Below, piece by piece: positions 62,060-64,000 of a DNA stretch of 64,000 bases. Origin of the DNA: Somniosus microcephalus (Eukaryota); the NCBI GenBank assembly GCA_052327205.1, contig JBMRGM010000043.1:31062001-31126000 (forward strand), read 5' to 3'. The translations under genes were made by a program, and so were the position numbers. Under the pieces are notes generated by a model. It searched no databases, had not been told where the DNA came from, and worked only from the letters and a program-made list of their open reading frames with translations. Positions within the stretch are counted from its first letter, which is position 1; the number at the start of each line of letters is the position of its first letter.

Positions 62060-62645
62060 ATGGGTGCAGTAGCTTAGTGGTGACATAACTGGACTAATAA
62101 TCCAGAGGCTTCGACTAATGATCCGAAGAAATGAATTCAAATCCCACCACCGGCAGCTGGGGAATGTAAACTCAGTTAAATAAATAAATCTGGGATAAAA
62201 AGCTGATAACAGTAAAGGCGACCACGACACTCTCAGGTTGTTGTAAAACCCAACTAATGTCCTCCAGGAAGGAAATTGGCTGTCCTTACCTGGTCTACCC
62301 TATATGTGACTCCAGACCCACTGCCAATGTGGTTGACAGTTAACTGCCCCTGAAATGGCCGAGCAAGTGGCGCAATTGCAACAAACCATTACGAAAAGAT
62401 GTTACCCCTATGGTAACACCTTCCCCTCCAAGTCACACACCATCCTGACTTGGAAGTACATTGCCATTCCTTCATCGTCGCTGGGTCAAACTCCTGGAAA
62501 TCCCTGTCTAACAGCACTGTGGGATAACCTTCACCACACAGATGCAGCATTCCAAGAAGGCGGCTCACCACCACCTTCTCCAAGGCAATTAGGGAGGAGC
62601 AATAAATGCGGGCCTTGCCAGTGATGCCCACATCCTGTGAATGAA
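62060..62645 (+). mobile_element. tRNA-headed SINE followed by LINE-type 3' tail
   Basis: A box-like tagcttagtgg and B box-like aattcaaatccc. The tail ccaccaccttctccaaggcaattaggga..gccagtgatgcccacatcc matches the 8095/54230 family. Confidence 0.65.
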
Positions 62646-64000
62646 TAAAAAATTATCATCCCTTGTTTAAATTTAGTCGTTGGTTTATTCATTGCTCGTT
62701 TCATTCCAACCATTTTCTTTAATTTTTTTGCTATAAAATAAATTCAGAGAGGAATCATAAGTGTATTTTTGTGTGACCTCAGCCAGTTAATTGTCAGTAG
62801 TTTTGAACACACTGAAAATCGGGCGATATTGAATTGGCCATCCATTATCCATCTCTCCCGACTTCCCTTCCACTGAAATAACCACTGATTCTACCTCGCC
62901 AGCTGTGCACCACCGCCTGAGACCAATTTCAGCTTCCTGTTCATTAATTCCAGGCTAACAAGAATGGTCCCAACGACTATTGTGTCACATACGCCATAGT
63001 TAACCGTGCAAACACTGAAGCTAGTTTGGAAGGAGGCCCAATGGAAGAAGGCTGTGTCTACGAAAACTTTCCACGGAAATAAGAGCAAAGCAGGATTAAC
63101 AAGCATAGAAACAACAAAGAAAACAGAATGGAGGCAACGGCAATCAACTTGTGCTCTGCGCAAATTACCTGCCCTCAGGGACTTTAGTCTGAAGGCAGGT
63201 TAGGCCATTGTTCCTTGTGCAAGGCCTTCTAGGCACAGAGTTCGTGCCCGCCAGCCATTCAATTTATACGTATGTTTTACTCTGACAGGACTTTATATCT
63301 CTGCAGCTTATATTTTGCAGAGGGCTCCTACCTCTGGCTTTGGTGGTGCTACCTGCAAGACTATACTGTTTGTAAGACCATTACATCAGAATGTATACCC
63401 ATTTTATCCATGTTAAAATGCAATTAACTAACGGGCGTGTTGGGGCTCTTGCTCTAATATTCTGCCAGTGTTCTTGAATGCTTCCGTAACTGCAGAGGGA
63501 GATCAGTAGATCTTCTGGAGAAATTATGCAAATGGCCGAAGGTGGGAGAAAACCTGTAGCAATTTCCAGGGTCAATTTTTTCTTTAATAATGTTGTAAAA
63601 TGAATGCTATCAAATTGACCGCTTGTATAACCCCACGGCCTATTTACTTTTCCATTATTTTGAATAAAGGAAAAGCGGGCATGATGTACAATGGGAGCCT
63701 TGATTGATATCATACATTTCCCATCCTCGCCCAAATTCCAATCTATCTGACTGCCACAAATAAACTGTGTATAGAGTAACTGGTTACTGCTTAATCTTCA
63801 TCACCTTAGGGTTTAGCATTCGAGGGGCAGAGCGCAGGGTAATACATCTGGCGGGGAGGATGGCTTGTTACTTGCAAAACCCATCGAATTTTGCTTTCTT
63901 TCAGCCTTTAAACATCAGGCCATTCCGTTACCGGTATCCCTCTTGCCAAATCTTCCATCCACATTCTGGCGGTAAAGTCTGAACTCTACCTCACCATATA

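Noticed and set aside
62747-63400. Terminal exon of gene 2 (candidate acceptors near 62747 and 63289; ORF 63006-63203)
   Set aside because: No convincing phase-0 exon with a tyrosine motif or paralog support. The last exon is probably beyond the window.

Overview
Vertebrate genomic DNA, almost certainly from a shark or ray (HE1-type V-SINE, DeuSINE-like SINEs, abundant CR1/HER1-type LINEs). It holds a + strand tandem cluster of Fc-receptor-like (FCRL-type) immunoglobulin-superfamily genes, which I reconstructed by hand from GT-AG splice sites and exon phases. Gene 1 (5' end before the window, exons 1539 to about 14170) has 4 open Ig exons and 2 dead ones. Its transmembrane (TM) exon carries an Arg (TAIRASVF...) and its cytoplasmic tail has lost its tyrosine motifs, so it looks like an activating receptor. 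Gene 2 (ATG 32149 to beyond 61470) has a split leader (31 nt + 30 nt) and 9 Ig exons produced partly by an internal 3-exon duplication, 2 of which carry stop codons. It has an uncharged TM and two canonical ITIMs (VTYSLV, LVYSEV), so it looks like an inhibitory receptor. Between the genes lie two orphan promoter/leader duplicates. The main finding is a candidate paired activating/inhibitory FCRL-like receptor system in a cartilaginous fish, apparently caught mid-conversion. All gene models and family assignments are by-eye inference; no database searches were run.
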